From a virus (taxonomy: Duplodnaviria; Caudoviricetes), in IMG/VR virus record IMGVR_UViG_3300016643_000198, positions 1 to 25,807 of that record: DNA of 25,807 bases. One strand, 5' to 3'. How positions within the stretch are numbered: the stretch's first letter is position 1; the number at the start of each line of letters is the position of its first letter. Of the stretch, positions 15,461 through 24,362 are shown in pieces. The position numbers and the translations under genes were made by a program. Under the pieces are notes generated by a model. The model had not been told where the DNA came from and ran no database searches. It worked only from the letters and a program-made list of their open reading frames with translations.

Positions 15461-17028
15461 GCCCCGACCAGTTTTGGGCCGCGGTGATCGGCGTCGTTTG
15501 CATGGCCCTAGCCATGCTGATCGTGCTGGCCGACATCGCCTGGCCGGCGATGCTGTCTGGCTACTCCGGCGGTGGCGGCGGCTCGGCCAGCATCACGCCG
15601 AATTCCTGCACGCTGCCCAACGTGGCAACGGGCATCGACGCCACCGGCACGCTCACCTGCACGCAGCCTAGCAACGTGACCGGCAATGCCGCGACGGCGA
15701 CGCTGGCTGCGGCTGCGACGGCTCTGGCGGCCAACGGGTCGAACTGCACGGCCGGGCAGTATGCCCTCGGGGTGGACGCAAGCGGGGCTGCCGAGTGCAG
15801 CACCGCCAACCTGTCCATCGGCGTGACCGGCAATGCCGGGACCGCTACCGCCTTGGCAGCCAACGGCGCCAACTGCACCGCTGGTCAGTACGCCTTGGGC
15901 GTCGATGCGTCGGGTGCGGCCGAGTGCAGCACCTCAAACCTGTCGATTGGCATCACCGGCAACGCCGGCACGGCGACGGCCTTGGCAGCAGACCCGGCCG
16001 ATTGCGCTGCCAACCGCTACGCCACGGCTATCGCCGCGTCGGGCGCCCTGACCTGCGGGCAAGTGAGCCTTGCCTCGGGCGTCACTGGCAACCTGCCGGT
16101 GGCAAACCTGAACAGCGGCACCGGCGCGAGCTCGACGACGTTCTGGAGCGGCAACGGGACGTGGGCAACGCCTGCGGGTGGCAACCCGTTGGACCTGCAA
16201 GCATGGACGACGAACGGGACGTACACATGGACAAAGCCGTCTGGCGCCAACATGGTCTACGTCTGGTGCGTCGGTTCTGGCGGTGGTGGCGGTTCTGGGC
16301 GTCGCGGTTCGAGCACTTCTAGCAGCGGTGGTGGCGGCGGTGCCTCGGGCAACGTCAGCGAGGCATGGTTTCGTGCGTCTGAACTAGGCGCGACCGAAAC
16401 CGTCACCATCCCAGACGGCGGCACGGGTGGCGCTGCACAGGCCGGTATCGCCGATGGAAATACTGGCAACAGCGGCAGCGCGGCATCGTTTGGGTCGTGG
16501 CTTACGGCCAATGGCGGTAATGCCGGCGGTGGAGGAACTTCCGCATCGGGTGGTGCTGGCACCGCTAATAGCACCGGATATCCGTGGCTAGGCCGTGATG
16601 GTGGGATAGGAAGCGTCAGTGCCGGATCCACGTCGGTATGCGGTGGAATGGTTCCCGGCCTTACCATTTGGAACGGATTTTCTCCCGGTTCTGGCGGCGG
16701 CGGCGGCGGCGGTCGGGCGACTGGCACGCTCAATGGCGGTGACGGTGGCACCGGTTGCCTCAACGGTGGAGCCGGCGGCGGCGGCGGTGCTACCGGCAGC
16801 GCGAACGGCTCGGCTGGCACCGGTTATTCGACCGGCAAGCGCCTAGCCGGCGGGGGCGGCGGTGGCGCTGGCAGCACCGCTAGCGCCAACAACGGCGGCA
16901 CGGGTGGTGCCGGTGGAGCTCCCGGCGGCGGCGGAGGAGGAGGCGGGGGCACCATCAGTGGCGGCGTTGGTACCTCCGGCGCAGGCGGCAAGGGGGGCGC
17001 AGGCGGATGCCTCGTGGTTTCGTACTAG
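15442..17028 (+). CDS. Fibre-like protein with N-terminal signal/anchor, Cys repeats and Gly-rich C-terminal domain (528 aa)
   Basis: Hydrophobic N-terminus; 43-aa repeats; fibre motif '[29 protein letters not shown]'; Gly-rich domain '[24 protein letters not shown]...GGCLVVSY'. Confidence 0.85.
   Translation: MYRRKISPDQFWAAVIGVVCMALAMLIVLADIAWPAMLSGYSGGGGGSASITPNSCTLPNVATGIDATGTLTCTQPSNVTGNAATATLAAAATALAANGSNCTAGQYALGVDASGAAECSTANLSIGVTGNAGTATALAANGANCTAGQYALGVDASGAAECSTSNLSIGITGNAGTATALAADPADCAANRYATAIAASGALTCGQVSLASGVTGNLPVANLNSGTGASSTTFWSGNGTWATPAGGNPLDLQAWTTNGTYTWTKPSGANMVYVWCVGSGGGGGSGRRGSSTSSSGGGGGASGNVSEAWFRASELGATETVTIPDGGTGGAAQAGIADGNTGNSGSAASFGSWLTANGGNAGGGGTSASGGAGTANSTGYPWLGRDGGIGSVSAGSTSVCGGMVPGLTIWNGFSPGSGGGGGGGRATGTLNGGDGGTGCLNGGAGGGGGATGSANGSAGTGYSTGKRLAGGGGGGAGSTASANNGGTGGAGGAPGGGGGGGGGTISGGVGTSGAGGKGGAGGCLVVSY
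15676..16092 (+). repeat. Tandem 129-bp (43-aa) repeats in the fibre shaft
   Basis: Units begin at 15676, 15823, 15952, 16081 ([VI]TGN); the first three contain C-x16-C, e.g. [19 protein letters not shown]; first unit is 147 bp and the fourth is only a partial start. Confidence 0.9.
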
Positions 17029-17408
17029 CACTAGTCTTGCTGTCCGCTTCGGCCGCCGAGGCCGCCCGCTTCGCCATCGTGAAGCCAGGAGGCAAGGTAA
17101 TGAGCGTCGTCGAGGCGCCAGACGCGAGCAGCGTCATCCCGCCTGATGGGGGCTCGGTCGTCGAGGTGCCGGCTGATTCGCCGGTTGCTTCCGACTACAC
17201 CTACGACGGCACGACCTTCAGCCCGCCGCCAGTCCAGACGGCCACGGTCATCCAGCGCAAGCTCGACGCCGCCATCGACGCGAACTTGGCCTACCTGGCG
17301 CTGAACCCGCCGACGACGGCGCAAGCATTGGCGCAGGTCGGGGCGCTTACCCGGCAGGTAAACGGCATGCTGCGCCTCCTGCGTAACCGGCTGGACTCAG
17401 CCGACTGA
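17007..17408 (+). CDS. Fibre-associated (chaperone/partner-like) protein with signal peptide (133 aa)
   Basis: Signal peptide [19 protein letters not shown]; mature '[18 protein letters not shown]...[12 protein letters not shown]' resembles proteins encoded after Gly-rich tail fibres. Confidence 0.75.
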   Translation: MPRGFVLALVLLSASAAEAARFAIVKPGGKVMSVVEAPDASSVIPPDGGSVVEVPADSPVASDYTYDGTTFSPPPVQTATVIQRKLDAAIDANLAYLALNPPTTAQALAQVGALTRQVNGMLRLLRNRLDSAD

Positions 17409-17416
17409 GGACGATT

Positions 17417-17527
17417 ATGCGACTGATCCTTCTGGCCCTCTTGTGCGCTGGCTGCCTTGAGCCCGGCCCGACGCCGAGCCCGACGCCGACCTCGCACTAC
17501 CACGTCATCAAGTCGTCCCAGCAGTAG
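17417..17527 (+). CDS. 36-aa lipoprotein MRLILLALLCAGC-LEPGPTPSPTPTSHYHVIKSSQQ
   Basis: GAGGA RBS; basic-hydrophobic leader and lipobox-like (L)CAGC; not in the ORF track. Confidence 0.65.
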   Translation: MRLILLALLCAGCLEPGPTPSPTPTSHYHVIKSSQQ

Positions 17528-17570
17528 ACCCCCTTGCGGGGCGACGTGAACTTGTCCACACGGCCAACCG

Positions 17571-18104
17571 ATGCCGAAAGCGGCTACGCTACAGGATTTC
17601 CTCGCGGCTGAAGACGCGGCCCGGGCCTCGGCTCGAGTGCTGCCCGCCGACTGGCGGGAGGGCATGTCGCAATACATCGACCGCACCGAGGAGAACCTGT
17701 CCTCGCAGCTTCACCGGGCGGCCGAGCATGACTACGACGGGATTTGCCGCCGTATTCAAGCCCTCCGCGCCATCAAGAAGCTGATCGGAGACTCAGAGAT
17801 CAAGTCGGTGGCGAAGAACTCGGCGCTCGCCCGGTTCAACGCCAACGAGGACAAGGAGATCCTGCTCGCGCAGGTTCTCACGCCTCCCGGGTGGGAGGAC
17901 ACCATCGGCGCCCTGCTTCGGCAGGCGGCAGCGGCGTCGAAGGAGGCTGGCATTACCGCCGGCCCAGGAGAGGACCGGAGGCTGCACTTCGCCAAGGTCC
18001 AAGAACTGGACGCCTGCCTTGCTTGGCTCCGCGAGGTCCACACTCGCGGGCATGTCGCGCTGGAAACCCAGCGCACGGCCGTTCTTCGGGCCGTAGGAAG
18101 GTAA
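17571..18104 (+). CDS. Helical hypothetical protein preceding the scaffold (177 aa)
   Basis: Long ORF in operon orientation ending 3 nt before the scaffold start. Confidence 0.75.
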   Translation: MPKAATLQDFLAAEDAARASARVLPADWREGMSQYIDRTEENLSSQLHRAAEHDYDGICRRIQALRAIKKLIGDSEIKSVAKNSALARFNANEDKEILLAQVLTPPGWEDTIGALLRQAAAASKEAGITAGPGEDRRLHFAKVQELDACLAWLREVHTRGHVALETQRTAVLRAVGR

Positions 18105-18107
18105 GGC

Positions 18108-18806
18108 ATGGCAGAGCAGACGGTAGACCCGGCCATCGCGCAGTTCGTTCAGCAGCAGGCGCAGTTCAATCAGGCAGTCGGACAGACGTTGTCCGAGATC
18201 AAGTCCACGCTGCCGAAAATCGCCTCGGCCGCTACGGCGCCCAAGCCGGCGCCCGTGGCGCCGACCGACTATGCCAAGGCCAACGAAGCCGCGATCAACG
18301 AGTTCGTGAACGACCCGGTCGGGTTCAGCGGCAAGCTGATCAACATCGCGACCCAGACCGCGCTTCAGCAGGCTCGAGCCGAAAACGAGGCCAAGATCGC
18401 GGACCTCGAGGCCAAGCAGTACGCGACGCAGCTCTACACAAGCTTCTTCGGCGCAGCCGAGAACGCAGACATCCGGCCGTACCAGGACTGGATCGCCGGC
18501 CAGATGCAGCAGATGCCTGACGGCTGGACCGTCGAGCAGAAGCTGGTGCAGGCCGCGAACAACATCCGGCAGCACCTCTCGCAGCGCGACGACTGGGTCG
18601 CTCGCAGCCGCGGGGCTGCGCCGAACTACGACGCATCGGCTGCCGGCGGCAGGCCGGCGTCGAACGGACCGGCGGTGAACGAGGAAGGCGTCCCGATGGA
18701 CGAGACCTCGCTCAACATCATGCTGTCCGAAGGCACGAAGGCGTGGAAAGCGGCTCGCCGCAATCCTGCAAACCACGACGACTACAGGCGACGTGGCGGT
18801 CGGTGA
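18108..18806 (+). CDS. Putative capsid scaffolding protein
   Basis: Ala/Gln-rich helical 232 aa immediately upstream of the major capsid gene; AAGGT RBS. Confidence 0.7.
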   Translation: MAEQTVDPAIAQFVQQQAQFNQAVGQTLSEIKSTLPKIASAATAPKPAPVAPTDYAKANEAAINEFVNDPVGFSGKLINIATQTALQQARAENEAKIADLEAKQYATQLYTSFFGAAENADIRPYQDWIAGQMQQMPDGWTVEQKLVQAANNIRQHLSQRDDWVARSRGAAPNYDASAAGGRPASNGPAVNEEGVPMDETSLNIMLSEGTKAWKAARRNPANHDDYRRRGGR

Positions 18807-18860
18807 TGGGGATCACCGTTGAGATGACTCTGCATCGCGCTCCGAGGTTGACGATGTAAT

Positions 18861-19871
18861 ATGCCGACAGGGCAGGTTTGGTATCTGTCCGCATCGGGAG
18901 GGTACTTCGCTAACCCGAAGCTCTCGATGAACCTCCGAACGGTCGGTCAGCCGCGCACGCGGTTCCGGCAGTTCACCGAGACCAAGGAGTCCTTCGGGAA
19001 GTCGATGGGCGATGTCCTCGATTTCAACAAGGTGATGAACGTCCAGACGGCCGGCGGGAAGCTGACCGAAGGCGTTCCGATCCCGAAGACCCAGATCACG
19101 ATCAACCGCGGGCAATGCGTCGCCTACGAGTACGGCAACGCGATCCCGTGGACGAGCAAGTTCGAGACGCTCTCGCAGTTCGACACGAACGATCCGATCC
19201 AGAACGCGCTGGTCAACGACAACACGAAGACCATCGACCGCGTGGTGAAGGCCGAGTTCGCGAAGAGCCGCGTGAAGTACATCCCCACCGGCACGGTCGG
19301 CGCTCCGACTGCAACGTGGGAAATCTCGACCACGCTAAACGCGGCCGGGACCGAGTACGTCGCGACGACGACCGCCACTCGCGACTTCGCGCTGTGGGAT
19401 CTCAAGAACGTCGTCGACGCGCTCAAGAAGGGCGTGTTCGGGTCGTACACGGCGGTGCCGGTCGCGACCTACGACGGCAAGGACTACGTCGCGATCTCGG
19501 GCGTCGATGGCGCCCGTGCGATCAAGGACGACCCCGATTTCGAGGAGGTCGTAAAGTTCGGCGACCCCGACCGTTTCTGGAACGGCGAGGTCGGTCGCAT
19601 CTACTCGACCCGGCTGGTCGAGGAAACCAACATCCTCGGGACGCTCGGAACGTCTGGCTACAAGGGCGAGATGTTCATCTTCGGCGCCGAGACGGTCATG
19701 GAGATCACGGTGGTCAACGACGAGATCCGTCGTTCGATCCCCGGCGATTTCGGCCGCGAGAAGGCGATGGCCTGGTACGCGCTGCTCGGCTTCACGCCGA
19801 TCTGGCCCGGTAGCGGCATCGTCTCCGGCAGCGAGCCGATGGCGACCATCGTCCACGTCACCTCGGCCTGA
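18861..19871 (+). CDS. Major capsid protein, N4-gp56-like family
   Basis: 'RFRQF...GKSMGDVLDF...LTEG.PIP...EYGNAI', 'GEVGRIYSTRLVE', 'DFGREKAMAWYALLGF'. Confidence 0.88.
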   Translation: MPTGQVWYLSASGGYFANPKLSMNLRTVGQPRTRFRQFTETKESFGKSMGDVLDFNKVMNVQTAGGKLTEGVPIPKTQITINRGQCVAYEYGNAIPWTSKFETLSQFDTNDPIQNALVNDNTKTIDRVVKAEFAKSRVKYIPTGTVGAPTATWEISTTLNAAGTEYVATTTATRDFALWDLKNVVDALKKGVFGSYTAVPVATYDGKDYVAISGVDGARAIKDDPDFEEVVKFGDPDRFWNGEVGRIYSTRLVEETNILGTLGTSGYKGEMFIFGAETVMEITVVNDEIRRSIPGDFGREKAMAWYALLGFTPIWPGSGIVSGSEPMATIVHVTSA

Positions 19872-19895
19872 TTCTAGGAAAAAGGAGAACACACC

Positions 19896-20465
19896 GTGGC
19901 AGAGGCTTACGGACTTCAGAACAGCATCGGTGACGCGCACCGGACCAACGCTGGCGTCGGCTCGGCCGCTGGGCACGCGACCAACCCGACCTACGGGCTC
20001 GCGACCATCGGCACCGGGGCGACCGAGGGGAATTGCATCTACTCGGTCGTGGCGGTCTCTGGCGATCTTGTCATCAGCGAGTTCTACGCCTGTCTGGGCG
20101 TCGTCCCGACGACCGTGGCGCCGATCTTCAAGTTCTGGCGCCGGCCCAACGGGGCGCAGGCGCTGGCGCCGGGTGGCACGGGCGACGTGGCAATGACGCC
20201 TGCGACGCTCACCATCCCGCTTTCCAACCCGACGCCGATCACCGGCAATGTGTACGTCATCCGGTTCACGCAGAACAACGTGTTCAACCCGGGCGAGGCG
20301 TTCATCGTCGAGATCGACACCAAGGACACGGGCGCCGCGGCGCTCGCGACCCTCGGGCATAACGGCTACTACGTCCGCTTCAACGCCGACTCGGTGCAGT
20401 CCACGGCCGGCGCTGGCAAGCCGAACACCAACGCGGTCGGCCGCGTGTATGTGGTGACCGCGTAA
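19896..20465 (+). CDS. Putative capsid decoration/cement protein (189 aa)
   Basis: AAGGAG RBS with GTG; beta-rich A/G/T composition; directly after the MCP. Confidence 0.65.
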   Translation: MAEAYGLQNSIGDAHRTNAGVGSAAGHATNPTYGLATIGTGATEGNCIYSVVAVSGDLVISEFYACLGVVPTTVAPIFKFWRRPNGAQALAPGGTGDVAMTPATLTIPLSNPTPITGNVYVIRFTQNNVFNPGEAFIVEIDTKDTGAAALATLGHNGYYVRFNADSVQSTAGAGKPNTNAVGRVYVVTA

Positions 20466-20698
20466 TGAAGCGGTTCCGCGACCGCGAAGTCAGTCGCGAG
20501 CGCGAGCGTCCCGGGACGGAGGAGGGGGAATACTACCCTCCTTCGTACTCGGACGAATGTGCACACGCCCAGAAGGTGTGCAGCGATGGGCGTTCGCGCT
20601 CGGTCAGGGAGCCGGAGATGGACACCAAGTCCACTCCGATTTCTCGCCCGCAGCCGTACCCGACTGGAACCCGGTCGGAGCCCGGCCAGCACTACTGA
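20465..20698 (+). CDS. Small hypothetical protein (77 aa)
   Basis: TAATG overlap with the upstream stop; polar/disordered composition. Confidence 0.55.
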   Translation: MKRFRDREVSRERERPGTEEGEYYPPSYSDECAHAQKVCSDGRSRSVREPEMDTKSTPISRPQPYPTGTRSEPGQHY

Positions 20699-20901
20699 TG
20701 GCGAGCATCGAGCTCCTCATCATTCAGAAGTTGAACCGTGGCGCCGAGAGGCGGCACGCATCGGACGGGGGAGGGACGGTGACGGCCCCCCCCGTCAGGC
20801 GCGCTCTGGAGAAGGGATACCTTGGCAACCCTATCAGAGATCAGGACTCAGGTTCTGGACAACCTGAGTCGCACGAACGCGCCGAGCGCCGAAACCGCTA
20901 A
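20698..20901 (+). CDS. Possible small hypothetical protein (67 aa, MASIELLIIQKLNRG...)
   Basis: TGATG coupling, but overlaps the adaptor gene by 80 nt and spans a hairpin (20764-20796). Confidence 0.3.
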   Translation: MASIELLIIQKLNRGAERRHASDGGGTVTAPPVRRALEKGYLGNPIRDQDSGSGQPESHERAERRNR

Positions 20902-21526
20902 CGTAACGCGCTGGATCAACCAGGCGCTGCGCGAGGACATCTGCGCGGCGCACTTCTGGTCGAGCATGTTCGACCGGAAGACGGCCACGCTCGTCGTCGG
21001 CCAGAACTGGATTCAGTACCCCGACCCGACCGTCTGGAAGATGACGGCCCAGATCGGGATTCGCGACGCCGCTACCGACGAGTGGGACAAGCTCACCGAG
21101 GTCACGTTGACCGAGGGGCTATACGACGAGTCGCGAGTCAACGGCGGCCGCCCTGCCTTCTGGTCAAAACGCGGGGCCGGCTTCATGCTGTTCCCGTCGC
21201 CCGACAAAGCGTACTTGATTGAGATGATCGGGTGGAAGTTCCCCGTGGCTCTGTCTGGCGACAGCGACACGAACGACTTCACCGACAACTACTCGCGTCT
21301 GATCGAGGCGCTGGTGACCGCTCGAGGCTGGCTGCACTACGGCGACGACCAGAAAGCGCAACTCTGGAAGACGCTCGCAGACACCTACATGGGGCAGGCC
21401 ATCCGCAACGACAACGACCGGATGCTGCCGTTCCAGATGACGTTCGTCCCCGGGGCGAAAGCGGGCGTCAACAAGATCCCGCGCAACATCACTCAAAAGG
21501 CCGACCGGCCCTATTCGTGGATCTGA
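20822..21526 (+). CDS. Head-tail adaptor / tail tubular protein A-like (234 aa)
   Basis: TTG start with GGAG/AGGG RBS; 'TLSEIRTQVLDNL...VTRWINQAL', 'GRPAFW...LFPSPDKAY.I', 'LSGDSDTN'. Confidence 0.8.
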   Translation: MATLSEIRTQVLDNLSRTNAPSAETANVTRWINQALREDICAAHFWSSMFDRKTATLVVGQNWIQYPDPTVWKMTAQIGIRDAATDEWDKLTEVTLTEGLYDESRVNGGRPAFWSKRGAGFMLFPSPDKAYLIEMIGWKFPVALSGDSDTNDFTDNYSRLIEALVTARGWLHYGDDQKAQLWKTLADTYMGQAIRNDNDRMLPFQMTFVPGAKAGVNKIPRNITQKADRPYSWI

Positions 21527-21528
21527 TC

Positions 21529-21741
21529 ATGCCGAAAAAGACGATTGAGCCCGAGACGCCCATCATCGAGGTCGCGCCCGCGTGCGAGCATGTCCGCGCC
21601 ACCGAGATGAAGCAGGACGAGGACACCCGCGCCTTCATGGTACGAAACTACTGCCCAAAATGCGGCTGGTCCGCGAATTGGGTCAAGCAGTCCGAAGCCA
21701 TCCTCACGCCCGTCGAGCTCCCGGTGGTCGAGAGGTTCTAG
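21529..21741 (+). CDS. Small zinc-binding protein (70 aa)
   Basis: ATG 2 nt after the adaptor stop; 'CEH...CPKCG'. Confidence 0.65.
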   Translation: MPKKTIEPETPIIEVAPACEHVRATEMKQDEDTRAFMVRNYCPKCGWSANWVKQSEAILTPVELPVVERF

Positions 21742-21852
21742 GTGCCCGCACCGTATGCCCTCACCACATGGGCGAGCGACAGCATCAACTCGCTGACATG
21801 GGCAGGTGAGTCCATCTACGTCCTAGCCGGCTGGGTATCGGAGACCTACTGA
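21742..21852 (+). CDS. 36-aa Trp-repeat peptide MPAPYALTTWASDSINSLTWAGESIYVLAGWVSETY
   Basis: GAGAGG RBS, GTG right after the upstream TAG, TGATG coupling to the nozzle gene; fills the gap exactly. Confidence 0.6.
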   Translation: MPAPYALTTWASDSINSLTWAGESIYVLAGWVSETY

Positions 21853-23954
21853 TGCCCTGGTCGGTCGCACGCCTGCTGCCCGGCCGCGGGCTGGACTTGT
21901 CCTACATGGACGACCGCGCCATTGAGGGGAACCCGATGCGCGGGGGCGACAACGTGCGACTGGTAGACGCCGAGTGGTGGACCCGGGAAGGCGAGAAGTT
22001 CTTGCGCGGGAACACGATCCCGTACCCGGCGTCCTACCTCGTCTCGGTTGACCTGACCTACGGCAACACCGACGTGCGGCGGCACTTCCTGATCGGGTCC
22101 AACGCGGTCATCGAGGTGGACGCGAACAGCACCGTCTCGGGCGGCGTGACTACGGCTCCGACCTATAAGTACACGATCCCGTACTCGACCGCGTGGACCG
22201 GGACGGTCTCCTACACGAACGGCAGCACCACGGCGACTTACACCACCACTACTGGGAATCCCGACTGGGTGGACATGCTGTACGGGCTCGACGCGGACGG
22301 CGTGCAGACGGTCTACTTCGCGAAGAAGACCGCCGTGGGCACGTTCACTCTGGCCTCGGCCTACGCCGGCACGACCAACGCAGCCTACTCAGGCTCGGGC
22401 TTCACCGGCCCCGACGCGAACCCGTCGCAGGATCAAATCTGGAAGACCGGCTGGGCGATCTTCCGGCAGCGAGTCGCTTATAGCGTCGGCGACGTGTGGG
22501 GCGGGGCAGGCGCTGCTGCCGGCCCGCTGTACCTCGACAAGAGCCCGGCGCTCGCGGCCGGCGGGATCTACCTCGTCTGGTGTCCCGGGGTGAAGGGCTC
22601 GCGGGGCCAGCCTGGGCCGCTCCTTATCCGGCTGGACGCGACCGAGAACCTCTACGGCCAGTTCATGCGGCAGACGCAGTCCAGCACCTCGTCGGCCGTC
22701 GCCTTCTCCGCGGACAACCGCCCGCACTACGTCGTCACGCACCGCGACCGGCTGGTGATCTCGCGGGCCGACGAGAACGGCGTCAATGACGACCGGACGG
22801 TCTGGTACTCGCAGCCCGGCAACCTGATGTACTGGCACACCGGGACGGCCGGCGGGTCGCCTCCGGCAACGCACAACAACCTCAAGCTGACCGAGGGCAT
22901 GGACCCGATCACGGCGCTGGCGCCTCTCGGCGACGCGCTGATCGTTCACCGCTCGCGTTCGCAAGTAGCCCTGCGCCCGACCGGCTCCGCGGCCTTTCCC
23001 CCGGGGCCGTACTCGATCTCCTACAACGACCAAGGGATCGGGTGCATCTCGCAGAAGACGCTGGTGAGCGTTCGCGGGCAGCATATCTTCACGTCCGAGT
23101 ACGGGCCGATGACCTTCGACGGGGCGTCGTGTGCCCCGCTCAATGCCACGCTCAAGCGCGTCGCGACGCAGCTTCGGAACACGGCCGAGTGGGCGCCCGG
23201 CCAGAACTACCCGGGCAACCTGCACACGATCTACCATGCCGCTCGCCAAGAGCTCTGGTTCTCGCTGCCGGGCACGTCGTTCGACTCATGGGAGAGCGGC
23301 ACCAACGCCGAGCGATACCTGATCTACGGGCTTGAGACCCAAGAGATGACGGTTTCGCGGTACTACTCAATCTTCTCCGGCGGCACGTTTAGGGACTCGG
23401 GCACCGGGCAGGAGATCGTCGTTGCCATGCGGAACAAGGCGCAGGGCGGGACGCTCCTGGCGCTCACCCAGACGCTGTTGTGCAAAGACCGGAACACGAC
23501 CAGCCCGTACTCCGGCACCGCGGCAGCGGTCCCAGCCTACGTTGAGACGAAATGGCACAATTTCAATTCGGAGACCGAGAAAGAAATCATCAAGCTTGAG
23601 CTCGACCTTCGAACGACGGCGTTCAACTATTACACGAACGACACCTATTCCGACGACCCCGGTGGCGACCTGAACCTGACGCTGGAGATCCACGCCGACT
23701 ACGACCTCGGGAACTACGTCGTGCAGCAACTGGTCACGGTTCCCAGCGCCGACATGAACGTGACGGCGTATGCGGACGGCAAGCGCATGACGCCTCGCGT
23801 ACTGGTCGTGCCGAAGGTCAGGTGCCAAGGCAACATGTTCAAGTTCCGCATCAGAAACACGGGCACGGGCACCAGCACCCAGCCGTTCCGGTTGTCACAA
23901 ATATCGGTCTATTTCGAGGAGCGCGAGTCCACGCGACGGGAGAAGCGGCCGTGA
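21852..23954 (+). CDS. Tail nozzle / tail tubular protein B-like (P22 gp10-like beta-propeller, 700 aa)
   Basis: 'HRDRLVI', 'VWYSQPGN...W', 'DPITALAPLGDALIVH', 'IGCISQKTLV', 'AYVETKW..F', 'FRLSQISVYF'. Confidence 0.82.
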   Translation: MPWSVARLLPGRGLDLSYMDDRAIEGNPMRGGDNVRLVDAEWWTREGEKFLRGNTIPYPASYLVSVDLTYGNTDVRRHFLIGSNAVIEVDANSTVSGGVTTAPTYKYTIPYSTAWTGTVSYTNGSTTATYTTTTGNPDWVDMLYGLDADGVQTVYFAKKTAVGTFTLASAYAGTTNAAYSGSGFTGPDANPSQDQIWKTGWAIFRQRVAYSVGDVWGGAGAAAGPLYLDKSPALAAGGIYLVWCPGVKGSRGQPGPLLIRLDATENLYGQFMRQTQSSTSSAVAFSADNRPHYVVTHRDRLVISRADENGVNDDRTVWYSQPGNLMYWHTGTAGGSPPATHNNLKLTEGMDPITALAPLGDALIVHRSRSQVALRPTGSAAFPPGPYSISYNDQGIGCISQKTLVSVRGQHIFTSEYGPMTFDGASCAPLNATLKRVATQLRNTAEWAPGQNYPGNLHTIYHAARQELWFSLPGTSFDSWESGTNAERYLIYGLETQEMTVSRYYSIFSGGTFRDSGTGQEIVVAMRNKAQGGTLLALTQTLLCKDRNTTSPYSGTAAAVPAYVETKWHNFNSETEKEIIKLELDLRTTAFNYYTNDTYSDDPGGDLNLTLEIHADYDLGNYVVQQLVTVPSADMNVTAYADGKRMTPRVLVVPKVRCQGNMFKFRIRNTGTGTSTQPFRLSQISVYFEERESTRREKRP

Positions 23955-24352
23955 GGGTGCCCGAGAGCATCAGCCCGCCGACGTTCAAGTCGCTGCTCGA
24001 CAACCTCGGGCCTCGCGCCGTCGCCGAGCTCTACCAGTACCTACTGCTGCTCTACCAGCCGTTGCAGGCGGCCCTCAACGGCGGGCTTGAGGTCGGCGAA
24101 AATGCCGGCGTCTACTTCACGGGCACGTTCGACGTGGCCGCCAACACGGCCAAGACCTTCACGCACGGCTTGGGCCGCGTGCCGGTGATGATCGTCACGA
24201 CGTGGAACGACGCCGACGCGACGAACGCGGCGAACGTCTACACGACTCCGACCGAGAAAGCGAACTGGACCGACCAAACGTGCAGTCTGCTTTGCAACCG
24301 CAATACGACAGGGGCCGCTCCGAACCTCACGTTCGACGGCTGGGCAATCTAG
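23951..24352 (+). CDS. Small tail protein (133 aa)
   Basis: GTGA overlap with the nozzle stop; N-terminal helix then beta domain with 'FTHGLGRVP'. Confidence 0.7.
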   Translation: MRVPESISPPTFKSLLDNLGPRAVAELYQYLLLLYQPLQAALNGGLEVGENAGVYFTGTFDVAANTAKTFTHGLGRVPVMIVTTWNDADATNAANVYTTPTEKANWTDQTCSLLCNRNTTGAAPNLTFDGWAI

Positions 24353-24362
24353 GGGAGACCTT

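Noticed and set aside
15676-16092. Diversity-generating retroelement template/variable repeat
   Set aside because: Repeats are in-frame tandem units differing mainly at synonymous positions, not adenine-specific; no reverse transcriptase in the window
17793-20360. Long minus-strand ORFs (327 aa, 341 aa) over scaffold/capsid genes
   Set aside because: Antisense shadows of well-supported structural genes
20764-20796. Hairpin GACGGGGG...CCCCCGTC as terminator after capsid genes
   Set aside because: No U-tract; may be a processing or stability element but cannot be called a terminator
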